Made by a program: the position numbers and the translations under genes. Positions 29,637 to 38,757 of a stretch of DNA of 46,841 nt are shown here, in pieces (the first letter of the stretch is position 1; each line of letters opens with the position of its first letter). The stretch lies in the IMG/VR virus record IMGVR_UViG_3300029867_000012, one strand, 5' to 3'. Below the pieces are notes generated by a model. The model searched no databases. It was not told the DNA's origin and saw only the letters and a program-made list of their open reading frames with translations. This stretch comes from a virus.

Positions 29637-30994
29637 GCGACGAAAAACTTAATGAGCTCCACACGATGGCCTCGGAATTAATGGTTAACTCTACCGCTTC
29701 TGGTCGTGATATCAGGCAGAGAATGGCACAAGTTTTATCTGGCGGGTATGATTTTGGCGACACGCTCCACAATGTTTATTTAGATTACGGATATCCAGGT
29801 AAGCTAGACTTTTTTAACTTTTGGAATATGTATCGCCGTTTTGGTATCGCTAAGAATGCGGTTGAACTGCCAGTGAATACAGGGTGGAGCACTCCGCCTG
29901 AAGTGACAGGGAATGATCAGTTTAACAAGGATGTTGAAAAACTGAATTCCAGAATCAACTTGTGGACACGGCTAAAAGGACTCGATACACGCCAACGCGT
30001 GGGCCGTTATGCTGGGATGTTCATGCGCGTTAGAGATGGGCAAACACCTGACCAACCATTAGAGGGAAAGCTAAGCGGTGAGGCGGTATTGGTTGAAATG
30101 ATGCCGCTTTATGAATCTCAACTGGACGTGATCGAGTCGGACACGGACGCCACAAGCGATACTTTCGGCGAACCTATTATGTTGCAATATAGTCAGTCGA
30201 TCACCGGCAGTCGGAACGAAGAAGCTAACGATACGATTAACATTCACGCCAGCCGCATTGTATTCGCGGCTGAAGATAGCGATAACGGATGGATTTACGG
30301 AATTCCCGCGTTAGAAGCTGGCTATAATTCGCTGATGGATTTGAGAAAAATTATCGGTGGGGGTGGGGAAGGATTTTATAAGAATTCAGCACAAAGCACG
30401 GTTTTTAATCTGACCGACCCGGCTAGCGCCTCGGTTTATAAAGACAAATTAGAGCAATTTAATGAACAGTATGACGAGTTCACACGTAACCGTCACCGCC
30501 GCGCTATGTGGACGCCTGGCATGGAGGCAAATACATTAACGTCGAATCTTATGAACCCTACTGGGTTTTTTGACGTTGCTCTGAATGACGTGGCCGCTAG
30601 CGTTAAAATTCCCGCCACTATTCTAATAGGAAAACAGACAGGCAGACTTGCGAGCACTGAAGACGGCGAACACTTTTTGGCTGGAATTCAATCACGTCGT
30701 TTGGATTTTATGACGGAAATGACTCGCAATGTATTCGATTGGTTAATTGAATTCGGTATATTGCCGGCTAGTGAATATGAGATTGAATGGGATGATTTAC
30801 TGGCTCGATCCGATGAAGAAAAATTATCTAATGCTGACATGATGGCTAGCGTTAATGAAAAACAATTTAGATCGGGTGGGGATATCCCGTTTACAGGTGA
30901 CGATATTAGAGAAGCTGCTGGGCATGAGCCTGGAGCGGAAGAAAACCCAGGCAACGAAGAGTTAGACGATGCCGAGGAAGAAGATGCCAAATAA
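29633..30994 (+). CDS. Portal protein (DUF1073-type)
   Basis: 453 aa with an acidic C-terminus. 'GIPALEAGYNSLMDLRKIIGGGGEGFYKN' resembles DUF1073 portals. Followed by a MuF-like gene. Confidence 0.75.
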   Translation: MSDEKLNELHTMASELMVNSTASGRDIRQRMAQVLSGGYDFGDTLHNVYLDYGYPGKLDFFNFWNMYRRFGIAKNAVELPVNTGWSTPPEVTGNDQFNKDVEKLNSRINLWTRLKGLDTRQRVGRYAGMFMRVRDGQTPDQPLEGKLSGEAVLVEMMPLYESQLDVIESDTDATSDTFGEPIMLQYSQSITGSRNEEANDTINIHASRIVFAAEDSDNGWIYGIPALEAGYNSLMDLRKIIGGGGEGFYKNSAQSTVFNLTDPASASVYKDKLEQFNEQYDEFTRNRHRRAMWTPGMEANTLTSNLMNPTGFFDVALNDVAASVKIPATILIGKQTGRLASTEDGEHFLAGIQSRRLDFMTEMTRNVFDWLIEFGILPASEYEIEWDDLLARSDEEKLSNADMMASVNEKQFRSGGDIPFTGDDIREAAGHEPGAEENPGNEELDDAEEEDAK

Positions 30995-31925
30995 GACTAG
31001 AGCCGACCCTACAGGGCAAGCAGGAAACCGTAACAAAGGAACGCGGCGGCTAACTGCTAGGTTAACTCGTGCAGAGTCTAGGGTTAAAGAATTGGTTCGC
31101 GCCATCCCCCGCGTGCGCAGGCGTATAGTTAAAATTCAGAACGCAGAGCAAACCGTTTTTTATGATTACGAATTAAGTGCCCAGGATCAAGAGCAGCTAG
31201 ATAGATCGATTCGGTTCATTCTTAATGAAGAGTTACTCGAGACTCAAACCGATATAAAACCGTTTAGATGGTATTGGCAAGATAATATAGAGCCACCGTA
31301 CCGGCAAGGCACGCTTGAAGAAGTGCGGGATTTTAATCAGTTGGTTGCCGGGGCAGTTATTGCCGGTGCAGTAGTCCGAGGCTTGCCACCTCAAACCGTA
31401 CCGTTTGAAAGAATTGTATTTTCTGAATTTTACAGAACAGAATTAAATAAGGCTTATGTTTCTAACTTTACGAGCATAAAAACGCTTAGTAATAACACGG
31501 CATCACAGGTTATACAGCGGATCAATGCGGGCATATCGTCAGGATTAACCCCTACGGCTATTGGTAATGACATTGCTGAACGTTTCGACGTTTCCAAAGC
31601 GAGCGCTAAGCGCATCGCGGAAACTGAGGTTAATAAGGCTTATAACGACGCAAAACTAAATGCCACTGGAATCATGGCGGAAGAGACAGGGCTAAGAGCG
31701 GCGGTGATCCATATTTCAGCGCTGACACCGACAACCCGACGACACCATGCGGCCAGGCACGGCAACGCCTACACTGTTGTAGATCAAACACAGTGGTGGG
31801 ATAGCGGGGCGAATAGAATTAACTGTAAATGTACGACGCGCTCGATACTACTTGACAGACGTGGTAACGTGGTGCAGTCAGAACTACAAGACGAAATTAA
31901 GGAGGAGAGGGTAGCTAATGCCTAA
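30969..31925 (+). CDS. Head morphogenesis protein (Mu F / SPP1 gp7-like)
   Basis: 318 aa. 'AKRIAETEVNKAYNDA' and the 'HHAARHG...CKC' region are typical of the Phage_Mu_F family. Confidence 0.7.
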   Translation: MPRKKMPNKTRADPTGQAGNRNKGTRRLTARLTRAESRVKELVRAIPRVRRRIVKIQNAEQTVFYDYELSAQDQEQLDRSIRFILNEELLETQTDIKPFRWYWQDNIEPPYRQGTLEEVRDFNQLVAGAVIAGAVVRGLPPQTVPFERIVFSEFYRTELNKAYVSNFTSIKTLSNNTASQVIQRINAGISSGLTPTAIGNDIAERFDVSKASAKRIAETEVNKAYNDAKLNATGIMAEETGLRAAVIHISALTPTTRRHHAARHGNAYTVVDQTQWWDSGANRINCKCTTRSILLDRRGNVVQSELQDEIKEERVANA

Positions 31926-33225
31926 GCGAATATTGATTCAATGCCGGACTAAAGTTAATTCTGATTCGATTCGGCGCGAAACTCTTGACGGAGTAGAGCA
32001 CATTATTGTGAGTTCCGCAACTTTGCCTGATGATATTGTGATGAATGGCGGCCTATACCCTGCGGATGAAATCGCGATTAGTTTTGAAACCTTGGAAGGG
32101 ACTTTGGCGCCGGTCGAGCATCCTGAAATTGACGGCAAGTTTTTACCTGCAAATGATGCCAGGGCTATCCATAATTTTCACGCGGGGGCGTTTAATAAAA
32201 ACGTTAAGCGTGAAGGCGGGCGTGTCCATATTGATAAATTTATTAATGTGCAAGAGGCGTTAAAAACAGAACGCGGTAAACGTCTGCTAGACAGAGTTAA
32301 TGAACTTGAAACTAACGATAACCCCCGGCCCATTCATACATCCACTGGGGTGTTTTTAGATGTCGAAGAGTTGGACGAACCTAAAACCAATGCTGAGGGG
32401 CAAAAATATACGTGGATCGCACGGGACATGGTGTTCGACCATGATGCTATTCTTTTGGATAGTGTGGGCGCAGCGCAACCCCATCAAGGCGTTGGAATGG
32501 CTGTTAATCAAGCTGGTGACGAGTTCGAAGTTAGCCAATTTGAGCTGGACGCTAACCAAGACCAATCCGTTAGCGACCTACATCAGGCCGTAAACGATGC
32601 GTTAGAGCGTTCGGCTTTTAGCGTCAGCTTTATAGAAGAATTATTTCCGGATCACGTTATTTTTTGGTCAGGAGAAAACCTATTTGATGTTCCGTTTGTC
32701 GTTGATGAACAGGGCATCGCCACCGTAGTTGGCATTCCGTTACCTGTTGAGCGCAATGTCACATTTACCCCAAAAACCAACCGCCAAAAAGGTGACAAAA
32801 TGAAGGAAATTATTATAAATGCGCTCAAGGCTGCGGGTATCAAGACAGAGGGATTGTCTGATGTCGAGTTGATGGACGCTCACGCTAAAATTAACGTTAA
32901 CGAAGAAAAACTACCCGCTGAAGACGACGTGGCGACAGTTGTAGCCAATGCCGTGGCAGAAGCTATTAAGCCCTTAGGCGCTCAAGTCGAAGCGTTGCAG
33001 GCGTCACAAGCCGCCTCTGGAATTGCTGAAATTACCAGCCTTGCTGAAATTGTTGCTAATAGCGGCAAATATCCAGGAATGGATGTTGATAGCGCCAAAT
33101 TGTTACCCGTCGATAAACTGAAAGAGCTAGCGGCTAATTGTTCGCCGTCGTTTGGCTTGTCACCCGTTATTAATTCCGGCGGCCAGGATGATCAATTTGC
33201 CGCGCCCGCTGATATGCCTGCCTAA
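31918..33225 (+). CDS. Scaffold / prohead protease-like protein (DUF2213-like)
   Basis: 435 aa. It sits between the MuF and capsid genes, with an N-domain around 'LAPVEHPE' and an A/E-rich helical C-half. Confidence 0.5.
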   Translation: MPKRILIQCRTKVNSDSIRRETLDGVEHIIVSSATLPDDIVMNGGLYPADEIAISFETLEGTLAPVEHPEIDGKFLPANDARAIHNFHAGAFNKNVKREGGRVHIDKFINVQEALKTERGKRLLDRVNELETNDNPRPIHTSTGVFLDVEELDEPKTNAEGQKYTWIARDMVFDHDAILLDSVGAAQPHQGVGMAVNQAGDEFEVSQFELDANQDQSVSDLHQAVNDALERSAFSVSFIEELFPDHVIFWSGENLFDVPFVVDEQGIATVVGIPLPVERNVTFTPKTNRQKGDKMKEIIINALKAAGIKTEGLSDVELMDAHAKINVNEEKLPAEDDVATVVANAVAEAIKPLGAQVEALQASQAASGIAEITSLAEIVANSGKYPGMDVDSAKLLPVDKLKELAANCSPSFGLSPVINSGGQDDQFAAPADMPA

Positions 33226-33238
33226 AGGAGGTTAAAGA

Positions 33239-33712
33239 ATGTCTACCATCGGTAAGAGATCGATTTATGTTGGCCCTGCGGACGGCTCGAATAACAAGCC
33301 CTTGAATGTCGAGGGGCTTTTGACTGTCTCCACCGCAAAACCCGGAACTATTTTGGAAGCCGTTCCGGGCGGCCTTCGGGTTAGCCAAAAAAATTCCACC
33401 GTTTTTTTCAGAGAATTAATTGTCGCGGATAAAGATCAACAAAGAGCAAAATCTGTTGATGATGTTTGGGTGCAAAACGAAACTATTGTCGGAATAAAGG
33501 CGCGATCTGGCGAGTTTTTAAATGTGCTTGTTGCCGCCGGCAATGACATAACTGAGCATGGGACACCCTTGTCAGTTAACGGTGCGGGGATTCTTCAGAT
33601 ATCAGATATCCCCGTGACAGTTGGGGCCACACTGGATTGGGCTATGTGTTATAGCGATGAAATCATAAATGTAACTGGCACCGATGCGCTTGTTCGCGTA
33701 AGGGTTGCTTAG
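33239..33712 (+). CDS. Head-associated protein, paralogue A (decoration/scaffold candidate)
   Basis: 157 aa, roughly 60-65% identical by eye to the next gene. AAGGAGG SD upstream. Confidence 0.7.
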   Translation: MSTIGKRSIYVGPADGSNNKPLNVEGLLTVSTAKPGTILEAVPGGLRVSQKNSTVFFRELIVADKDQQRAKSVDDVWVQNETIVGIKARSGEFLNVLVAAGNDITEHGTPLSVNGAGILQISDIPVTVGATLDWAMCYSDEIINVTGTDALVRVRVA

Positions 33713-33726
33713 AGGAGATTGAAAAA

Positions 33727-34200
33727 ATGTCTATCATAGGAAAGCGGCTAATTTATATTGGTCCTGCGGACGGGTCTAATTGCAGGCCCTTGAATGTCGA
33801 GGGTATTATTATCACTGCTTCAGTCTTGCCGGGAACGGTGCTGGAAGGCAGCGGAACAAGTTTGGCAACCAACGTTAACCCCGCTACAACATTCGGACAG
33901 GAATTAATTGTTGCGGATAAAGATCAACAGAGGTCAAAATCTGTTGACACGGTTTGGACGCAAAACGAAAACATAGTTGCTATTAAAGCGCGTTCTGGGG
34001 AATTTATGAACGTACTTGTTGCTGATGGCAATGACATAACCGCACAAGGTGTTCCGCTATCCTTAAACGGCGCGGGTCTGCTTAAAATAGCCGTTGTTCC
34101 GGCAACCGTGGGGGCTACTAGTGAGCAAGTTCTTTGCTATAGCGACGAAATTATTAATGTATCCGGCGCTGACGCGCTTGTTCGAATTAGAGTGGCATAA
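33727..34200 (+). CDS. Head-associated protein, paralogue B
   Basis: 157 aa, collinear with paralogue A. Confidence 0.7.
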   Translation: MSIIGKRLIYIGPADGSNCRPLNVEGIIITASVLPGTVLEGSGTSLATNVNPATTFGQELIVADKDQQRSKSVDTVWTQNENIVAIKARSGEFMNVLVADGNDITAQGVPLSLNGAGLLKIAVVPATVGATSEQVLCYSDEIINVSGADALVRIRVA

Positions 34201-34211
34201 GGGGAAATACC

Positions 34212-35270
34212 ATGCTTTTACAAAAAGAAATAATCGGTAATAGTCGGGCGGGTCGGGATCAGTGGACTGAGGTTAGCTCCGCACGAAGCCTTGCCAACAA
34301 CCACAATTACATGCTGGCTCGAAATGCTGGATTAGCGGTTAACGAGGGTTTAATTCCTCGTGACGTTTATCAAGAGTTCGACAACGTGACGGTTGAGCGT
34401 TTTCGCTCTGATGACGGCGACACATTTTTGAATGATTTACTGCCATTATCGCGGTCCATTAATATCGGTAAAACGGTTCATCGTTTTCGCCAAGTGTCTG
34501 ATGCTGGCAATGCCCAGACGTCTATGACTGGGCAGGTCGGCGTTAAGATGGACCAGACAGAATACACGTACGACGGGTCTATCGTCCCTATTCACGATAC
34601 CGGTTTCAGTCGAAATTGGCGTGAGTGGAACGCGATGACTTCCGAAGGGTTTGACGCTCTAATCGATGATCAGCGTGAGAGCGTTGCAACTTTGCGGCGT
34701 TTACTTGCTGATAATTTTTTAGACGGCCACAAGGATACGTCTGGAAATTTCATCAAGCTGGATGGCCTCGATTGGCAGGGTATGCGAGCCGATAGCCGTG
34801 TTGCTTCTATTAATGTCGGTGCGTCTGGAATCAATTTTGATTTTACAAGCAACGCAAATTCTGGCGACTTGATAAAAGCGGCATTTATTCAAATCCGAGA
34901 TGTAATGTGGATCACAAATAAGTGCGAAAAAGAATTAACTTATTATGTAAGCCGAGAAATCGCGAGCAACTTTGAACGCAAATTTTCCACTCAATATGAC
35001 GCTAAAATCATCATGCAGGAAATGGCGGATTTGATGGGCGTTGCTGCTATTAAAGTTAGCTCGAAATTGTCCGGCAATGAGTTGATGGGCTTCCCGCTCG
35101 ACGCTAATTCTCTACGCCCGATGGTTGGAATGGGAATAAACACTGTTGCCATGCCTCGTCCTGTTTATAATTCTAATTATGAGTTTGTTGTTTGGGGAGC
35201 GATTGGGTATGAAGTCCGTACCGATTTTACTGGCAACACATGCGCGTTTTTCGCTCAGGATTTAGGATAA
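34212..35270 (+). CDS. Major capsid protein (DUF2184 / HK97-fold type)
   Basis: 352 aa. The call rests on position after the scaffold and decoration genes, on size and on family recall. Confidence 0.65.
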   Translation: MLLQKEIIGNSRAGRDQWTEVSSARSLANNHNYMLARNAGLAVNEGLIPRDVYQEFDNVTVERFRSDDGDTFLNDLLPLSRSINIGKTVHRFRQVSDAGNAQTSMTGQVGVKMDQTEYTYDGSIVPIHDTGFSRNWREWNAMTSEGFDALIDDQRESVATLRRLLADNFLDGHKDTSGNFIKLDGLDWQGMRADSRVASINVGASGINFDFTSNANSGDLIKAAFIQIRDVMWITNKCEKELTYYVSREIASNFERKFSTQYDAKIIMQEMADLMGVAAIKVSSKLSGNELMGFPLDANSLRPMVGMGINTVAMPRPVYNSNYEFVVWGAIGYEVRTDFTGNTCAFFAQDLG

Positions 35271-35280
35271 GGGGATAACC

Positions 35281-35496
35281 ATGGCAGCACCTAAAAGACC
35301 GACCCATGTAGTAGAGCACAAGCGGCTATACCTAGCAGTTAAAGGCAAGTTATCGCACATTGAGAAAGGTACTCAATTAACGCTAACTGAAAAGCAGGCC
35401 GCCGGTCTAGGCCGTCGCGTTCGATCATTGAAAGATGATCCAATGCTTGATCTCGAAGCCGAAGCCGAAGCAAAAGCCAAAGATAATGCCAGCTAA
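35281..35496 (+). CDS. Hypothetical protein
   Basis: 71 aa with GGGGA SD upstream. Confidence 0.6.
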   Translation: MAAPKRPTHVVEHKRLYLAVKGKLSHIEKGTQLTLTEKQAAGLGRRVRSLKDDPMLDLEAEAEAKAKDNAS

Positions 35497-35764
35497 TCTG
35501 CTTAGTGTCACGCTGGCGACAGGTGAATGGACCGACCTTTACGCATCGACGTCAATACCCGTCGGTGCTAAATTAGGAGTCCATAACATCGGTTCGTCCG
35601 ATGTTTACCTTTCATCAGCGATATTACAGCCAGCTAAAGATTCGGATATGTTTCAGGTGATACAGCCGAATAATTTACCGATGACTAATGGCACAGGAGA
35701 CCAAGGAGCGTGGGCATTTAGCCCGAATCAACAAGCAAAATTGCAGGTCTGGCGAATACTATGA
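35486..35764 (+). CDS. Hypothetical protein
   Basis: Start set at the ATG (MPANLL) overlapping the upstream stop region. The track start is 35435. Confidence 0.6.
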   Translation: MPANLLSVTLATGEWTDLYASTSIPVGAKLGVHNIGSSDVYLSSAILQPAKDSDMFQVIQPNNLPMTNGTGDQGAWAFSPNQQAKLQVWRIL

Positions 35765-35937
35765 CATGGAAGCCACTGATAGAAACAGTTACCGAAGATG
35801 AAGGGGTCATCATGTCGGCAGCGGCGTTTAGAGTTCGCTCTTTGGCTATGCTGGGTTCTATCGTGTGCGAGTTAAGATTATTAAATGCCCGTTATGAAGA
35901 AACAGAAGAGACTGGCATTGAGGAGACGGACGTATGA
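35761..35937 (+). CDS. Hypothetical protein, 58 aa (below cutoff)
   Basis: ATGA overlaps at both ends fill a 170-bp gap. Confidence 0.55.
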   Translation: MTWKPLIETVTEDEGVIMSAAAFRVRSLAMLGSIVCELRLLNARYEETEETGIEETDV

Positions 35938-36530
35938 GCGGCGGAATAACAGTAGTGGTGGACGGGATAACAAGTCAAGCGGCGCGGGTTAATGAGGATG
36001 GGCAACTTTCCACTTTTTCCCAGGTGGTTTCAAACAGTTTAGCGGCATCGATCAAGGGCGACAGATACAACATAAGCCCCGATGGATTTATCACGCTAAC
36101 TGACGATGTGGAAACGCCGGTAATTTACGTTCAAAATAACGAACCCGAAACAATAGGATGGGCGCTTACTCAACTATTAATAGTGTCAACTCTAAGCGAC
36201 GGGGCAGGAGAATGGTTTGTTTCTTTTTATACAAACCCCACATCGGGAACGATAATTACTGGCGGAACTGATGCTCTTGTTATCTCACAGAATCTAGGAT
36301 CTCAAAAACCCCTAGAAGTGACGGCCAAAACAGGATCAACAGGCGATACCCTAGCGGGGAATGTGAAACTTGACAGACTCATTCCTATGACGCCCGCGAG
36401 TATTACTATTCCGCTCGATGCCATCGTTATTCCGCCGGGTACTTCGTTTGGAATGACAGTAACCGCGCCCGTGGGCAATACGTTCGTTAAAATCGACGTT
36501 GGTGTATCACTACTGAGACTGGAGGCGTAA
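35934..36530 (+). CDS. Structural-module protein, paralogue family member 1
   Basis: 198 aa. Shares N-terminal, middle and C-terminal motifs with the next two genes. Confidence 0.7.
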   Translation: MSGGITVVVDGITSQAARVNEDGQLSTFSQVVSNSLAASIKGDRYNISPDGFITLTDDVETPVIYVQNNEPETIGWALTQLLIVSTLSDGAGEWFVSFYTNPTSGTIITGGTDALVISQNLGSQKPLEVTAKTGSTGDTLAGNVKLDRLIPMTPASITIPLDAIVIPPGTSFGMTVTAPVGNTFVKIDVGVSLLRLEA

Positions 36531-36532
36531 CC

Positions 36533-37117
36533 ATGGCTACTATAAAAGGCGGTGATAATAGATATACAGCGTCGGTTGATAACACTAACCGATTATTAAC
36601 GCGGACAGTTGCGCGAGACGACGCGGTTGATGCAGGGGTGAGCGGTGACGCATATTTTATTCTAGTGCCTGAAATAGTGCTTACCTCGGCCAATCCCTCT
36701 GCAATTTACGTTTATCAAAATGATGAAAACCGTGACATTATCTTAAAGTCTTCGGTAACATCTGCCGGCCAAGCAGTGGGCGGAACAAATCAAATCTATC
36801 AATCATTTAGGCAATCGGGCATCGGTTTGAGCTTGGTGGGTGGAATAGGTGTTCCCGTCCCCACGATCAATGTTATTTTTGGCAATAATAAAACACTTGA
36901 AAATACTTCCGAACTAGGTCAAGAGGGCGCAACGGTAGTAGGCGGGGGGCCATCATCACCTTTATTTTTCACCACGGGGAACCAGATTGTTAATGAGGTT
37001 TTTATAATTATTCCTAAAGGCGTTTCTATCGCTGGGATCATAACACCCCCGCCTGGCAATACTTCGATGCCGCTCACGCTCTTGATAGAAGCGTATTTAA
37101 AGGAGATTACCACTTAA
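36533..37117 (+). CDS. Structural-module protein, paralogue family member 2
   Basis: 194 aa. Confidence 0.7.
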   Translation: MATIKGGDNRYTASVDNTNRLLTRTVARDDAVDAGVSGDAYFILVPEIVLTSANPSAIYVYQNDENRDIILKSSVTSAGQAVGGTNQIYQSFRQSGIGLSLVGGIGVPVPTINVIFGNNKTLENTSELGQEGATVVGGGPSSPLFFTTGNQIVNEVFIIIPKGVSIAGIITPPPGNTSMPLTLLIEAYLKEITT

Positions 37118-37548
37118 TGGCGTCCCCTTGCGTAATAATCGACGGTGACACTAATCTGCCAGCAAAAGTTACGTCTTTCGGTCAACTGGTAACGGCACCG
37201 ATTGAATATAGCGATGCATCGGCGCAAAACTTGGACGTGGTGGGCACCGCTTTTAACCTTGCAGTGCCCGAGCATGGAAAAGCAATAGTTATCACTGATG
37301 TGATAGCCAGTGCTAACAATACAGTCAGTAATACCAGCCCGGCGGATATCGTTATTTATGAATCAGATTCGGCCACGTCACTGACTGAATTGTCAGTAGT
37401 AGTCAGGCCGCAACTAGTTAGAGCCAACAACTTTATACTTACGGGTTTAAATTTAATTGTCCCTCCAGGTCGTTGGATCAATGCCTCGACTACCGACAAT
37501 AGTATTCTTGTAACGTTAATGTTTTATAGGATTGGATTCAGTGACTAG
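37117..37548 (+). CDS. Structural-module protein, paralogue family member 3
   Basis: 143 aa. Confidence 0.7.
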   Translation: MASPCVIIDGDTNLPAKVTSFGQLVTAPIEYSDASAQNLDVVGTAFNLAVPEHGKAIVITDVIASANNTVSNTSPADIVIYESDSATSLTELSVVVRPQLVRANNFILTGLNLIVPPGRWINASTTDNSILVTLMFYRIGFSD

Positions 37549-37918
37549 AGCAACAGTGACAGAAGTGCGGGTTATATTGCCCGCCTCAACATCATTAACA
37601 GACCCTCAGATCAGGGCCTCAATCGATGCCGCAACTTGTTTGGTTGATCGTATTGTCAATTGCGCTCAATTAACCGATGCTTGCTTGCTACAAGTTGAAA
37701 TTTGGCTGAGCGCACACTATGCCTCTGCTACTGAGCAAATGTTAGCTTTAATATCAGAGACCGATGCGTGTTCGGGCGGCAGCGCTGTATACGGTTTTAA
37801 AGTGGGTGATGGGATTAAGGGTACACCCTACGGCCAACGAGCTAATGCGCTGTCTGGCGGGTGTCTTGCTGAGCTAGATAAACAGCCTACCAACCTGCTT
37901 TCAATCGGGTGCTTGTAA
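37532..37918 (+). CDS. Head-tail connector-type protein (DUF4054-like, tentative)
   Basis: 128 aa. Start is TTG 37532 or GTG 37541. The call is based on its position before the adaptor genes. Confidence 0.4.
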   Translation: MDSVTRATVTEVRVILPASTSLTDPQIRASIDAATCLVDRIVNCAQLTDACLLQVEIWLSAHYASATEQMLALISETDACSGGSAVYGFKVGDGIKGTPYGQRANALSGGCLAELDKQPTNLLSIGCL

Positions 37919-38281
37919 ATGTCGTTGTTAGCCCACAATTTAGCGCAGAGTAATAAAACGGTGATACTGCAAAACCGTGACATTGCCCCGCCGCTTTTTG
38001 GCTCGACTAATTTTGACGAAACATTTTCCGGCGATAGTGATCCGCTGAAAGCTATCGTTAAAACTCCACGCGGAAAGACCTTTTTTGATGGCGTTGGCAC
38101 AGACGTTAATATCACCCACGAAATAATCATTGCTTTTGTGGAAGGCGTCACTGCTGAAACCTGGATCTTATTTAACGGTAGGAGAATCGATATCCTAGCT
38201 GTGGAAAATTGTTGTGAAGATGATCAAGTTTTAATTTTGACCTGCAACGATCGCGGCACGGGTGAGGCGTCCAAGGCATGA
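37919..38281 (+). CDS. Head-tail adaptor / head closure protein (SPP1 gp16-type)
   Basis: 120 aa. The C-terminal 'WILFNGRRIDILAVENCCEDDQVLILTC' fits the Phage_H_T_join pattern. Confidence 0.5.
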   Translation: MSLLAHNLAQSNKTVILQNRDIAPPLFGSTNFDETFSGDSDPLKAIVKTPRGKTFFDGVGTDVNITHEIIIAFVEGVTAETWILFNGRRIDILAVENCCEDDQVLILTCNDRGTGEASKA

Positions 38282-38757
38282 GTATAGAAATGGATCGACA
38301 AAGCAGGGGAACGGTTCATAAGATTGAAAACTTGCGCGGGCTAACCCGGTCTGGCATTGAGCACGCTGCTTACATCTCTGCCAAAGGGCTGCATAAGACG
38401 ATCAACGCAGAGATACTACACAAACCGAAAGGTGGTAGAGTTTACGTTATTAGGAGCGCTACGGGGCGTAAGCGTAGACATAGGGCATCGGCACCGGGGG
38501 AGACGCACGCCAACTTAACCGGCAAGCTTAGACGGTCGCTAGGGTTTAAAGTTAACCCCAGTCAGTTAGAATTCGGATATGGTGTTCAGTCGAAAGAACC
38601 CGCGCCGGATTACGCGGCAGGCGTCGAATTCGGCACTAAGAATATGGCGGCTAGGCCGTCGCTGCAAAACGGTCTTAGAGATGAGCGCCGCAACTTCCAG
38701 AATAATTTTGAGCGTGAGATTGGCAAAAGGCTAGAGGGAAGGGGTTTTGAAGGCTAA
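38278..38757 (+). CDS. HK97 gp10-family neck/tail-completion protein
   Basis: 'AAGVEFGTKNMAARPSL' matches the gp10-family motif. Confidence 0.6.
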   Translation: MSIEMDRQSRGTVHKIENLRGLTRSGIEHAAYISAKGLHKTINAEILHKPKGGRVYVIRSATGRKRRHRASAPGETHANLTGKLRRSLGFKVNPSQLEFGYGVQSKEPAPDYAAGVEFGTKNMAARPSLQNGLRDERRNFQNNFEREIGKRLEGRGFEG

